Notes: generated by a model not told the origin, from the letters alone. A stretch of 64,000 nucleotides of DNA from Ophelia neglecta (GCA_965285935.1 OZ260661.1:129394001-129458000); one strand, 5' to 3'. Positions 1 through 13,393 are shown, counted from the stretch's first letter. A program made the numbers and translations.

Positions 1-857
1 TACATGCGCAGCTGTTTATGATCTATTGAACAAGTTGTCATGGCTTACTGCTTACATCTCCAAAAAAGACGATACGTGCATGTACATCCACTGAAATTAA
101 ATGCTCCCACCAGCGGGGTTACCAGTTAATAATGCACCCAATAATACTACAGCGACATGCATTCAGACTTATGGAATATGTTAAGGACAACTTCGTTTGC
201 TGCTGCAGATATTTAGGGACAATGTGTCTATCATACGATTGGTTAATTGATGGATTGTTTTTTATAGTGGCATAGTGCATATATTTATAAACATAAAAAG
301 TAAACCCTAGACAAACAAATTACACCTAGCCATACTGGGCTTGTTAGTCACCTGCAAATATGGCATTTCGTAAAAGGAAAAGGCAAAGTGCATGGCACGA
401 CCTAGCACAGCCTCCCAAAAACCCATCTTTATGTAAGATATGTTTACACTGGGCATAGTATACCATCTGCAGGAAATTCTAAGTACAAGTTCTAAATTAT
501 CGAGCATACACATGTACTTTATACTTGTTTGGAATGCCTATACTAAATTATTTTCAAGATTTGTGTATACAATTTAAACATACTATCATGGTTATCACAA
601 GCCAGATACATGTATATGGGTACAATATTTGGATTAACACAACCCAGGCTATAAGAAATGGGTTAACATGCAAGATATATCGATGTTAGGTTTATTGGAA
701 TAAAAAGTAAAATAAGCAAGTGTAGCTGCTTCAATTTTTTAACGCTAATGTGCAGTGCCTACCCCTGATAGGCCCGCTTTGAAAGATTTACTAGTCTTGT
801 TGCTACCGATTGGTGATTAACCCCGGTATTAATTTCAATGATTACAACAGGTGTATA

Positions 858-1035
858 CAGTGGAACCTGTGAATTAAGACCGACAATAGGACTGGAAAAT
901 GCTGGTCTGATTTTGGAGGTGGTCTGTTAAGACATGTTATTAGACATACAAAGTATACAGCATGGTCCTCGTATTGGTGGTCTGAATTGACAAGTGGTCT
1001 GATTACAGAGGTGGTCTTTAAGGCAAGTTTTACTG
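858..1035 (+). mobile_element. MITE family A (178 bp, TA-flanked, Tc1/mariner-type ends), nested in the YR element
   Basis: TA|CAGTGGAACCTG...GCAAGTTTTACTG|TA; internal ~17-bp GGTGGTCT subrepeats; homologous to three other copies in the window. Confidence 0.9.
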
Positions 1036-1349
1036 TATATCTAAAAACTGAAAGCATCGATGCAATAGAGTCGACTTGCGATTTTTACCAAGCCTGCATC
1101 ATGCGTGCTGACACCTGTTGGGCATCTACAAGTAAGAGTATGACATAAGATGACATAGTGTATCAACCTAATCTATTTGTTACGTATGACATAGTGAAAT
1201 GCGTAATATAAAATGGGTGACAATTTATGACAAGTGTGCAGAATTGAATAATAGGCACCCCAGGCGGCTAGCCCCTATTAGTGTGAAATCTTCGGGAGTA
1301 TGAGTATGGGCATGTCTACCCCTGATAGACCTTGACCCAAGTGTATATT

Positions 1350-1790
1350 ATAACCGTATCATTTCTGAAATGCATTCGAATGCCACAGTCCCGTAGCTTG
1401 GATTTCTAGGTCGGGTTTCCCTTGTGTAACTGCGACCGAAGCGTCTCATATCCGAACACTATGGCCCTTGTATAAATTGGGGCCGAGCCCGCCTGATTTA
1501 GGCAGGCACTTATGTTCTGTAAAGCAGTATCTAGACACTGGCTTGCCGTCTAGGCAGGTAAACAGCGGACCAGGGTAAGTCCCTCTCGCTTTAATACAAG
1601 ACGTTAGTGCTGTTATAGGACACATGCCTATCGTGGCATTCTCTGATCGGCAATGTAACTGGTCTAGATGCAGTGGTCATTTGGGTAAGAACGGGGAGGT
1701 TGTAGAGCTTATGGCCATAGGAAATTGCTGCCCAATGAGAAGTTATTGTGGCGGGAGCTAAGCCCTGGTCAAATTTAGGACCTAGGCATG
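1350..1790 (-). pseudogene. Tyrosine recombinase remnant of the YR retrotransposon
   Basis: YKGHSVRI at 1449-1472 matches the H-S-F-R-I-G box. GLWHSNAF matches GRW.S.AF. In-frame TGA at 1446-1448; the central part appears deleted. Confidence 0.85.
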
Positions 1791-1829
1791 AGCAGAGGAC
1801 ACTTGTAGGAATAGGAAAGGATGAATGAA

Positions 1830-2500
1830 ACAAGATATTGTACTTCATATATGCAAGTACGAGGCGTTGCACTTAACACATGAATTGGGGATTCTTGAAG
1901 TCTGTTTATTGATAATGTCTACTGTACCCCTATTATCGGTGTGAAATAACACCCACTGAATGCGCCTGGCATCACCCAAAACTTCTACCGCCAAGACGAT
2001 TGGCACCAGTTCCAACAATGGAGTTGAGAGATCGGCCCAGGACTTTGGGAAAGGGACATAAACCCATTTGTATTCCTAAGTGCAGCTAGCCCTACCGTGG
2101 AAGGTGCATATGTGTAGAGGTTCAACAGATCGGAGGATATGCAATATTGGATTAAGAATAAAGTAGTACCGTTGTAACTCTTAATAAAGAATACCATGCT
2201 TCGCCTCATTATTCAAGTGAATATGGTGGTGTGGTTTGTTAGCGTGGCATGTCACGACGAAGGCACGGCCCAGGGCAACTGCTATAGTGTCAAAATTCCT
2301 AGGGACGGGCAATTGTTACCTAAGCGGATTAAAATATCCGAATTTTGTCTAATGGCATGTGGATTTCCGTACAGATAGTATCACCATCAGACACCATGAG
2401 CTATAGCGACATTTTAAGGTCTTTCATTAATCGGTATGGTTACTTCTTCACAGAACGTTAGTAACAGGTTTAAATGTTCTAAATAGGTTTCGTCGGGTAT
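1830..2500 (-). pseudogene. RT C-terminus and RNase H remnant of the YR retrotransposon
   Basis: LYT(D)AS-like, LLELVPIVLAV, DNRGTVDIINKQTS and RLVL..KYNILF motifs spread over shifting frames; the RT catalytic core is not visible. Confidence 0.8.
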
Positions 2501-3759
2501 ATACCAATTGACAGGAGCACCAGGCCTAAGGATCTGCATATCAGCTCAGAGGTTCTAGGACAGGTACTGCTACTCTGTTTAAGGATACTTCTATATTAAT
2601 GGATTTAGTTGCTAAGTTAGGCTTCTTTAAAGCTGTTGTGTGATTCTTTACTTTCCTAGCTTTTGGTGGCCCTTGATAACCAATGCACTAATCCCCTGTA
2701 AACCCTTCAAATATAAAGGTAGCCCTTTACGTGCATAATGTCATATTGGTACCATATATCGTTTGGGCAGGAGTGATGAATCTCTCGAATGGTTGGGATA
2801 TATCTCATAAGTCAGGGCCCAGCCTACGGAAAGGTCTCTAAATAGATAGCCGTGTAGGTGACAAAGACTAGGGTCCACTCATCGAAGGAATTGATCTTGT
2901 CAGGTTTCTTAGAATCTTCAATGGGAATCGAAGGTTGATTGTTTATTTCTATTAACTTAAAACGTATGTTAATATCCTCATTATGGGCAAGGAGTGAGGC
3001 AAGATCTCCGTACTGATTGGCGCTATTCTATGATATAAGGGTATATTTTATCCCCCCTCCCAAGGGCATGCTAGAACTTTGGGCTGATGTTGGCCAATTA
3101 AAGGAATCATGACTAGCCGCCTGGTTACCTTGTAGTGCCAATACTGCAGTTTTTCTCTAGTCTAGAGTGGTGAGTTCGCTGCTGGCTGGTATGTCGGTGA
3201 CCTGGTCATAATCCTCAATTGGCCGACTGGGCTCGTGTGTATCAGATGCCGACGGTGTAGCGTCGTTGACATCCAGGTTCAAAACGGAACTCTGCGAATC
3301 GTGGTTATTCGCTGGGTCCTCATTGATGGCGTCCTATGGAACATGGGTGACTGTAGACACGCTTTTGAGGGCTTGATGTAAACTGGTGTTGTTTGCCTTG
3401 TGTTATACGGCCGTTTCTCCGGATGGTCCCCATGGGTTGTTTTCTTGTTAGTCGGAGCCATGCTGAAACATATACTGACCAACCAGAGTATGCGTGTATA
3501 ATATCCTAAGCTGTACAACTTTAGACACTTGCTACCCGGCCAGTGTTGTACGTGCATTACCGACTAGCAGTTGCCGACATATTACTATGGAAAAAGGATA
3601 TAGGGTCCATAAGTCGTCACGTTTAATAATAAGGGTGTTAATATATGTACCTGAGACATGTATATTTGTCATAGTTATACCTAAGACGAATATCCCCCGT
3701 GACGCAAGCGTGTAATTGTATTCGGCCTATGGGTCAGTTGCCTGACGCAGCACATTAGT

Positions 3760-4290
3760 ATGGCTACTAGGCCAGCCATAGGCACGGGTCACATCTAGCC
3801 GAGTCCAACTCACAAAAAGCATAGCCGGATGTGACCCAATAGGTGCACTTATATGGGTATTTGGCCAGCCATAAGCACGGGAGACATCTAACGAAATCCA
3901 GCTTATAAAAAACATGGCCGGATGCGTCCCGATAAGTGCAAATATATGGTTATTTGGCCCGCCGTAAGCACGGGCCACATCCATTCAAGTCCCGTTTATA
4001 ACGGGCATGGCCGGATGTGACCCAATAAGTGCAATTATATAACGCGTTCAGGCGCAAGCACTAGGCGAGCACAAAGGTAGAGAATGGTTATAATACGACA
4101 GGCCGATAAACCATAGTTAAATAATTTTGGCCAGCAAGTAGCACGGACCCCGTCCAGCCAAGTCAAGCTTATAGAAAACGTGGCTGGGCGTGACCCAATA
4201 GGTGCGATTATATAACACATTCCGGCGCAAGCACGAGGCGAGCACAAATGTAGATAGTGGTTATAATATGCTAGGCCAATAAAGCCACAA
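3760..4290. repeat. Degenerate tandem array of ~93-bp units (A-A-A-B-A-B)
   Basis: Unit A (tggccagccataagcacggg...ggccggatgtgacccaataggtgca) recurs near 3760, 3853, 3946 and 4120. Unit B (tatataac..ggcgcaagcac..ggcgagcacaaa..ggttataata) recurs near 4035 and 4208. Confidence 0.85.
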
Positions 4291-6060
4291 ATAACAGTAA
4301 TAAGGCGAAATAGGCCATATCTAGCTAAGTCCAGCATTGTGGAAAAACATAGCCGATAATAACCGCTCGGCGTGGTTACTATCCAGGTGGCAAATATAAT
4401 ATACGTGCTGTATATAGTATATATGGCAGGCCCGAAGTTTTCACGCACGCCTACACCGGGGAACACTCGTCTACTGATAATAGGTACAAGCTTGTGACTT
4501 ACAATAGGTTATAATTGTATAATCAAAGTGAGCCCACTCTACTATGGATGCTCAATAATAGTAATATTGTCCACTACGAGTCGTTGAGAAATTAAAATGC
4601 TTTCGGCACCGCCCCTCTGATATCTCAGTAGAGGTACCACTCTCCCAGGGTATTCAGGTGAAGTGGTCGGCGAGCAATATGTGAATTGGGTCGTAGAATC
4701 TTAACATTTTTGCGATGGTACAAACTAATACAATATTGAAATTCCCAAGGGATGCTAATTCATCACCCTTGTGTATAGTAAAACATAGCAAGTATGAGCA
4801 AGGCCACTGAAATCGCTAGGGGTATTAACACAATACAGCCCTCTTTAGAAGACAGTTCAAATGCGTACAAATTTTACCCCATAGCCTTCTATAAGGAAAC
4901 CAGCAAATGGTATAGCGTTGATCCCCAATTTTGGGCACACACCAGGCAGCTAGTTCATGTAGCCTCAGGCCAGCTCAACCAAATATAGGAGAACTGTACA
5001 AGTGCCTCTAGCACTAAAGTATTATGAAACTTCCAATGGAATGTATCAGTATATTTGGGATTTGCCCAGTAGGCAATGAATGAATGTCCAAATATTTCTA
5101 CAGTGAACATAATGGCTATGAAGAAGTACCAAAACTAGCAGAGACACTAACCCAATTGCTCGCCGACCACATGTATCAGTGCTATAGGTAGGAGAATTTC
5201 CAAACACACCTATCTGGTAAGAGTGAAGCTCGCTGAAAGGCAGATAGTCTGTAGAGCTGGCTAGTCTTGATCCGCATGGCTGCTTTTGGGCTGGCCTATT
5301 ATCCGGTCAATGGCTTTGCCACCTTCACCCCTTTGGCACAATAGTTTAGTCTGCATAGCTAATTACCTTAAGGCTGGCTTGTACCAGTAAAATGTAGCAT
5401 AGAATGGCATGTGTGTACAATAGGTAATATAACTGTTATCAAAACAAAATACTCCCATGAAAACAAGAAATGCATTTATTGTTACAATAAATTTGTTTTG
5501 TAAACATTGTCAGAATGAACTGCAAGGAAACGGCTCGGCACACTGGGCTTAACATGAGCAGTTTTTAAGGCAGCATGGGCAGATCTCAGGGTAGTTCTTG
5601 TTAGCAATCTTCAGTTTTCAGTTCAAAAAAATAAAGAAAAAAACATAGAAGAAATCCACTAAAGGAATGAAACTCACAGCATATGTCAAAAAATCTTATT
5701 TCTGATGATTAATTTCATTTAAACTTATGGTCACTCGTGTCTCTTGTGAAGACAAAATTGAATATTTTACTACCATTGGGGCCATTGACACCAAAGAATA
5801 ACCGGGCGCTGTGAATATGCTTGAATTGGCTCTTTGAAATGTTCTGCGCAAAGACACTTTAGTGACTGCTTCTATTTGCAGGTGATAATTATTTGCATAA
5901 CAGGTTTGATTACTTTTTTGCGCTGTGGTTTGATGCCTTAATGTGAGTGTTCCTGATGACTGTGGCCCGATTTAATTCACTGTATGCTTGAATGATGATT
6001 GGGTTTGTCTGCCGGGTAGCCACTCCTGTTTAATTTGTCATCGAGTAGCGATAACAAGAA

Positions 6061-6233
6061 CAGTGAACCTTAAAGACCACTTTTATAATTAGACCACCTG
6101 TTAATACAGACCCATTATAGGATGACCGTGGTGAATCCTTTCAATGTTATATAACCTGCCTAAACAGACCACCTTCGAAATCAGACCAGAATTTTCCAGT
6201 CCCTTTGGCTGTCTTAATTCACAGGTTTCACTG
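6061..6233 (-). mobile_element. MITE family A, reverse orientation
   Basis: CAGTGAACCT...ACAGGTTTCACTG|TA; reverse-complement homologue of 858-1035. Confidence 0.88.
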
Positions 6234-6734
6234 TAATATGTAGACTTGTATCATATCGGTTTGAAATTTGGTTTATAGACTAGAATCCTATAGTACAGAT
6301 ATTTTTTTATATGGACTTTAGCCTTCAATTTTTCGAATTGCTCTATTTGCCGTCGTAGGCGTTTTCATTATTACCCGATCAAATTTAGGTAATTTGAATC
6401 TAATTTGATTTCTTAAACTGTGTTGCTTTGCTGAGGAAATTGGTCTCACTCACTCTAGACAGAGGGAAAGCATTTTTCAATTTCAATATTCTAATTAATG
6501 ACGTTTTGGCAAGGTAAGTTCTTGGTATCGTACGTGAATCACAATATCCACATGAAGTATGACGGTCTAGTACCACTCACAACATTATTGAATGACATCA
6601 TTAACCCGAAAGGCGTCAAAGTTCCACACAAGAGAGGAACTCATCTTTTTTTGAAGGCTAATTGTTGAAGTTGATTTTATTTTAAAGGAACTTGCAAGGG
6701 GTGTTTGGTATAGGTGCTTCCGAGGAAGGAATGT

Positions 6735-7370
6735 GTTCGAGCACGATACCCGTCGTTCCCTCACGGTGTAGGTATGGGTTTGTTCATGACGCTTGTTGGT
6801 GTCTCGCGTCAATGTGGTTATGGGTGTGAGTCTCGACCTTGCCTCCCCACTGTGTACATATAAATATGAGCACTGTGCACGTCCTTGCCCCACGCTTAGG
6901 ACTAAAGATGTGTAGGTATGAATATGAGCACGACGTTTGTCCCACCCTGGCGATGTAGGAATGCAAGCATGATTCTCGTCCTTGCTTTACGGAATGTAGG
7001 TTTGGTAATGATTTGACGCTCGTACTTGCCTCACGGTATTGACTACCGTGATGTAGGTATTTCTGTGACCAGCTTGCCATACCGTAATGTACGAACGGCT
7101 GGGAGCACACCTTGCCTCAGGGTTATGTAGGTATGGGCGTGAGCAGGACGCTTTTCCTTTCCTCACGGTTAGGACTACAGTGGTGTTGGTACGGGTATGG
7201 GCAGGACGTTAGTCTTTGCCTAACGGTAATGTGGGTACCGGTGTGAGAAGGAGGCTCTTCCGTGCCTCACGGTGTAGCTTTGGGAGTGGGGGTGATCCTA
7301 GCCTCACGATACTACAGTGATGTCGGTAGGGGTGTGAGCAGGAGCCTCGTCCTCGCTTCACGATAATGAG
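6735..7370. repeat. Degenerate minisatellite-like array
   Basis: The motif (cc)tcacggt..gtaggtatgggtgtgagca(c/g)gac recurs many times at irregular ~45-60 bp spacing. Confidence 0.7.
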
Positions 7371-7794
7371 ACAGCAGCAGATAGAATAATTCAATTTGGT
7401 AGAGCAGTGGTCGTCAAGGATATGATGATTAAATTACTTAAGATGTTCGCGGATCTAGGACTTTCTAAAAGGGATTAACAGCTTCGTGTGGGATGGGGGG
7501 TGGGATGGTATTCAATTTTGTTTATTTTTGGGGAGCGGGAGGTTGGGGGTCGAGGGAGAGGTGGGGGATATAAGAAAGAGTGCTTTATTAACAACTTATA
7601 TAGCAAGGTAAATCGTAAACGCTTCATTTTCTTTATATGTTTGATGTGAAAGACATATTTTTCTGAAACTGGCCCAAATCGACTATTTGTTGTTGGAAAA
7701 CATAAATCCCTCACAGGTATTTAATGGTGCGTGCTTTACAGGAGATTTGCACATAAAAGGAAGGGTTTCCACATACCTACCCTCCTCTAGGTTT

Positions 7795-8020
7795 GCTATG
7801 AAATGGGTGTAAGACCCAGCAGGGACATCGACTGTGACTCTACTCTAAATGGGTGTATAAAATGGGAGGGAGCCACGGTCCTTCTACTTTACGACATTCG
7901 CGAGATGGGCGTATAAAAGGGAAGTGAGTCCACACCCACTTTCCTACTGTTGGACCACCGTGAGATGGGTGTATAAGCTGACGAAGGGGTCCTCATCACG
8001 ACGAACTCCTACATCCGGCA
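7795..8020. repeat. Short degenerate tandem array (~50-60 bp units)
   Basis: atggg(t/c)gta(taa) recurs at ~7803, 7849, 7905 and 7965. Confidence 0.55.
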
Positions 8021-8049
8021 GTGGAAAATACATGGCGATTCCTTGTATC

Positions 8050-8900
8050 GAGAGTGGTATTTGTGTTCTGGATTCTCTCAATACCATTGCAGGAGGTTCA
8101 TATTACAGTGGCTTGATTCAATTACTTGTAAACCAATACATCCCATTTCAAAGGCAATTATTGTATCAGCTCAATAACCGTGTTTAGCGTAGGGAGTTCA
8201 CGGCGCTAGAAACGTGATGCTGCTCTGATGATAGGGGCCTTCATTCTGCCAGTGGCAATGAGCAGTTATGATAATTTCGCCCGAAATGAGATTTTCTCTA
8301 ATATCCATTAACGATGAAATTTTTTTCGCGGCTCTGTAATATTCAACAAAGGCTTATTATGTTACCGTTTGGTTGGTCGGAGCGACTTTCCCTAAAGTCT
8401 TTTTATTATTGTATATCGCATGCCATATTTGCTAAGTGGTAAACAGCGGTATGAAGCAATATTACAACCCTGAAAGGAAATATGCCTATTAATTAAACTT
8501 TATATCCCAATGTCTTGTGTGGCCTATGTAATGCAATAAACCATGCTTATTTATCATGATATTATACCAAATTAGTTTATTTTATATAAGTACAACATTT
8601 GATACCACTCATAAAATCATATTTATAATTCATCCATCATCATTGTAGGAAAATGTGTCATCTATATTTTTTCAATAAAACATAACTGGGCTTTTGGATA
8701 ATACATTATCTTCCAACCAAATGTGATTAATAATGTTGGTCATTGATACAAAGATGTATGCCTAGGAACCAAGCCTAGGTTTATTATTTGCTTAGTTTCC
8801 TTTAAAAACACCTAACGACAAATACAAATTATTATATCGTCAACAATTTGAAATCGATTATCGACATTTGCCTTCACATTTTATCTCTAATATTAAGTAT
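8050..8900 (-). mobile_element. Penelope-like retroelement RT remnant
   Basis: LEDNVLSKSPVMFY*KNIDDTF (NIDDTF at 8651-8668) resembles PLE RT LE....KP..Y.RYVDDTF. There is an upstream LGS box and a downstream VNGY (~8300) like PLE L..NGY. Heavily degraded. Confidence 0.55.
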
Positions 8901-10726
8901 AACTTAATAAAAACATAATAAAAAAACAACGAACTTGCCTAATATTTTGTATTAAGACAATATATTCGAGAGTTTAAAATCACCATCATTATTAAGTAAA
9001 ACATAAAATGAAGGAATTAAGCCCGGAATGAATCGGATTCAATCAAGTGTTTATTCATTACCAACTGGTGTCTTTACTCTCCATAACAATCGGCCAAAGT
9101 GCAACACGATGTATCCTCCAAAATGTGAATATACCTGGGTGAAATAATTTCCTGTAAATGTTCAGTGAGTCACCATACAATCGATGACTTTCGTTAAGAA
9201 TATTCATGAGAAAGTTTTATTTTAATTTATTTTAACGTCTCTTTTTAGTGATCCATTCCGACTCTTCAAATATATTTTCTTGGTAATCAATATTGGTTTA
9301 TTTTCCGCGTGCGTCCGCCCCCGCTTTTTCTTATTCAGACGATACAATGCACAGCTGGAATCCAGACCAAGAACATAGGCACGTCCTGTTCTGTACAGCG
9401 CAGGAAGTGTATTTCATGCCACCATCATCCTCAATGGCCAATACTTCTTAAAATAGATACATCTCTTGCTTGAGGCGGAAATAATGTTTTGTCCGATTAA
9501 CCCAAATGTATCCAATGTTCCGTTTCTATTCAAACCTTTGGCAATTAGGGCTTCTGATAGCATTCCTTCTTTGTGTCATTAGCCGCTACACCTAATTGAA
9601 CTCGAAAAGGCCGGTGTATGATCACTGCAAGTGAGACTACGCACGGCTCTATATGAGACCCGATGATATTTTTGTATAAGAAGAAGGTCGAATAACAAAT
9701 ATTGAATCAAATTCATTTTACATAACTTCATTTCAAAATTGCTTCAATTGTGGACAATACATCGTTCATGTATCAGCACCATTCGTTTGATTGAAAAAGT
9801 ATTTTTTCATGTTGAGCCGACATAAAAACCATGTACGTCATCCTGCTTTGTTTAGGAAAACAGGAGTGTATACCCTGTTGATCATTGAAAGGGCACACCA
9901 TGGCACCAATTACATCGCACTTATAAAATGAGAATGGTAATTGATAATATGTCTGGTATTTAACCATGCTCTGGTCCAGGTTTCATTCACGTTTACCATG
10001 CCAGGTTAATTTTGGGCACAATGATACATCTTCAATACATTTAATCTTGTTTAGTGACATTCCCTTAGTTATGTTTCCACGTGGTACTGCACACGGGTGT
10101 TCACAAAAGTACACAGTACTGAGGTAGGGATGAATACATTGAAAACTTGCCCAGGCAATTGAGTTTTATTAAGTTTTACATTTCACAAATTGTCAACAAA
10201 TGCATTGCTTTAAATAATTAACAAACGTATTGCATTAGATGATTAACAAATGTCAAACTGTTCAGTGTCTATGCATATGGCAGTTTGGTGACATATAAAC
10301 GTGAGCCTTTTATTCGTCGAGTAGAGTACAGCTGTCTCATGTTATATATGGTTATGACTCGCCTGTAAAAAAAGACTTTTGGAACTTATATGTGGTCATT
10401 TATTACGGGTGCGGTTAGGGCGCACAAGCTCTGTTTTCGGTGAGAGTTATATGCTCCCCCCCCTCCCTCCCTCCCAATGTAATTCAAAGATCATGCCAAT
10501 TATGTGACCCCCCCCCCAATCAGAGACACCACTGACCAACTCCTTTCCCCTCTATATCAATTAAAAAACAACGTGAGTGGATACTCTGCACACAACTCAA
10601 GAATCGATCAATGTATCGAGCACCTGCAGCCACAGGGATACAAGTATGCTATTGGTAAAAATATTAACAGTAGGAAATCTAACCTGACCTTCTGGTTTAC
10701 TGTGTACTGTCTCTCCTAGATTTCAC

Positions 10727-10816
10727 ACTATGGTTGGAATTATGAAATCCATCCGCTCTGTTAAAATCGCAGCTTCAATAATATATATGTCTGGAGCAGG
10801 TAGCCGAGAACAAAAT
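10727..10816 (+). repeat. 90-bp segment X, directly repeated at 17323-17412
   Basis: 86 of 90 positions identical by eye to 17323-17412. Confidence 0.95.
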
Positions 10817-12118
10817 TGATAAAATGTGTCGACGCGATCAAATTACAATAGCTGACTGCTGTGACAGAATAATCCGATACTTTGTCACTGATTGTCGGTT
10901 ATTTATTATATATTGATAAAAATGGAGGGCATAATATCCAGACAGGCCATTATGAATATTTAATTCTATAACCTACGATGATATTAAATGATTATAGGAA
11001 ATGCATATTTTCACTATGTTATGTGTTCGACTGGTAAAAACACCTACGACTGCAAAATATAATAATTTCTAACTATTTGTGACAAAATATGTGTATCGAT
11101 GGCAGTTATAATGAAATTGCACAAGACAAAATACTCCAATCTATTCCGTTGATGTATCTTTTTACCTGTTTTGGCCAGGTATATTTCCCGGAATTGGGTT
11201 TTATCAGAAATCAGAAGACAATCTCATACTAGCTCCTGTCGGTTGTTGTTCTATCATGTATTCTATCCCTGACCGAATTCGAACCTGTGGACATGTTGTA
11301 GTTGTGAAAGGAGTGACTGTTCTTATATTTTTCTATTGACTTGATCAAAGAAAGGACAATCGAGGTAGTTAATGATTCCCTCCCTGAGGAATTTGTATAC
11401 GTACATGAACAGCAATGTCACGTTGGATATCCGCCCACGGACCTGTCTGACGGTAGGTGTAATTTATTTTCTGCCTGTCGGCAGCAGCCCACTCAAAAGA
11501 TATCCGAGAAGTTGACAACTTAAACGGGAATAGTAAGGATGTACTAGATCAACAATATATTTTCTTATTTGTTCTGAAACAATTCACCGTTACATCATTG
11601 AGGACCGGGCTTACATAAAGAAGTTAGACATATATGGCTTTTAACGCACATTCATCGTTTTGCTGTAGAGTGAGAAGGCACGGTACCTAAATTGATCCAA
11701 TATGATGTGCAAGTTAGTTAATACGTTTATTCTACGCCTCTTCGAACTTGGGCAAGTTCCCCTTGCAAATCATTGTGTTAAAGGATTATATTTTAATTCA
11801 CTATGGTTAGTTCCTGGATTACGTGGCAAAATAACGGCCACCAAATGCCTTTCGGTGAAGTAAGGAAATGTGATTGGTTTTGATTTATTGCCTATTAATT
11901 ATTGCATACTAATCACTTAATACCCTAGATGCAGAACTGCACTATAAATGTCACCATGTATAATCATTTAATATAACTGTCACAAATATGGTGTGATTCC
12001 TGGGAGACTCGCGCCTGGCCAGTTTCGTCGTGTAATAATTTCGTCACGCAATATCGCCTCCGATCTAGCCATTTGCAATATACACTGTGGAATAAATGCA
12101 AAGCCAAATACGGTGATT

Positions 12119-12165
12119 GATGATAGCATTATAGTATGCATCGATGATAGCATTATAGTATGCAT
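12119..12165. repeat. 24-bp tandem duplication
   Basis: gatgatagcattatagtatgcat occurs twice with period 24. Confidence 0.95.
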
Positions 12166-13393
12166 AGCTTGTTAGTCATTGACGTGCTAGAACTGCCGGC
12201 GTCGGACTCTTTGAAGGCGATGTGAGAAATAGTTAACGAGGAAAGCGCCACCGAATTACTGATGCATGAGGAGACTTGCTTCAGTCCTAGCCGCAGAACT
12301 ATCGGAGTATATTTCCTGCTCACCTTGATTTCATTCCCCACAATATGTCATGTCAGACAGGCCGCGACTAATCTTAAAACACATTTCGGACAGAAAACCT
12401 TCGAGCCAGAGACAGGCCAGGATTTGTTTAAAGCCTCCTTGCGAAACTTACCTTTTTAAGAAGGTGTTTCGCTTCTCAAATTTCAACACAGTAATTAAAG
12501 GATGTGCTTGGACCAGATTTACTGCTGTCTGGGCTTCATCACTCATGTTTGGGAATCGTGGCTACCGTTTTTCATTATAATACAGAGCACTTTTTCCTCT
12601 TTTTTTTGGTTTTGAGCTTATCAGGGAAAAATCCATCTATAGTTTTATAATTAAAAAGGGCTTAGTCCATAAACTATCCAAGGCCAAATTCCCCTGTGAA
12701 CATTATTCCCCTAGGTGAACATCTGACTCGTTTATTTTTGATTCGGCTCACACCATGAAAATCTGTCGAAAAGCTTAGCTTCTCGTATAACTTGTTTTCC
12801 ATATTATGAGTTTGGATAATTTCTGTTTACCGACTATTCATTTCCTGTTGATATCTGTTCCTTTTGTGACAAATCAGTTATGTACTGGGTCCAACTGTTC
12901 AATTAATTGTTTACAAAATACCATTTTTGAAGCAACAGCCTGTAATGAGCAAAGAGAGTGGGTGACAGATGTATTTGGTGTCCGGCTGTTAAGTCCCCGA
13001 AAACCCTAGGATAACAAGACCACGGGAACAAAATATACCAGTATTTTGAGAGGGGACACTTTATACCCCTGACTTTCGAGACAGGATCACTGATATACTA
13101 GAATATCAAGGACACCAGCCTAGTGAGGATTACTAGCTGGAAGCCTTGTCGGAAGAGAGGGCGGGAGGGGGGGGGGGGATTCCTATCAGCTGAGCTTAAC
13201 TTTTACACCTGCAGACAACGCAATATCATTAATCAGGAATCCTAACAGTATTCTCGTAGCGCTAGATGCTGAAAAAGATTTATTCAATGTTGTCAGTCTT
13301 TCTGAAAGAACTTGATCAAATTAAATTGACCAGATAGATACCTTTAGCATCATGTTAGTAAACATACAATTTATGTTTTTATTATTATTTGCA

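Larger units (their letters stand above)
300..3500 (-). mobile_element. Decayed tyrosine-recombinase retrotransposon (Ngaro/DIRS class): gag, RT/RNaseH, YR and probable SGNH remnants
   Basis: Minus-strand translation gives these motifs in the expected order: gag-like KINSFDEWTL..TYTAIYLETFP (~2820-2900); RT C-terminus LLTFCEEVTIPINE and DTICTEIHMPLDKI (~2340-2470); RNaseH FFIKSYNG..LNLYTYAPSTVG..LLELVPIVLAVEVLG..DNRGTVDIINKQTS..RLVLAYMKYNILF (1830-2200); YR N-terminus GLAPATITSHWAAISYGHKL (~1705-1765); YR catalytic end YKGHSVRI*..G..D.EIQATGLWHSNAF (1370-1472). Many stops, frameshifts and internal deletions. Confidence 0.88.

Noticed and set aside
3727-4466. ORFs 3727..3984 and 4035..4466 as repeat proteins, or the array as CRISPR
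   Set aside because: The ORFs arise from degenerate tandem DNA repeats. There is no constant repeat with unique spacers, no cas genes, and the context is eukaryotic.
8205-8235. GAAAC...CTGATGA hammerhead within the Penelope relic
   Set aside because: Only 11 nt separate the motifs, too few for stems III and I, and it is on the opposite strand to the RT.
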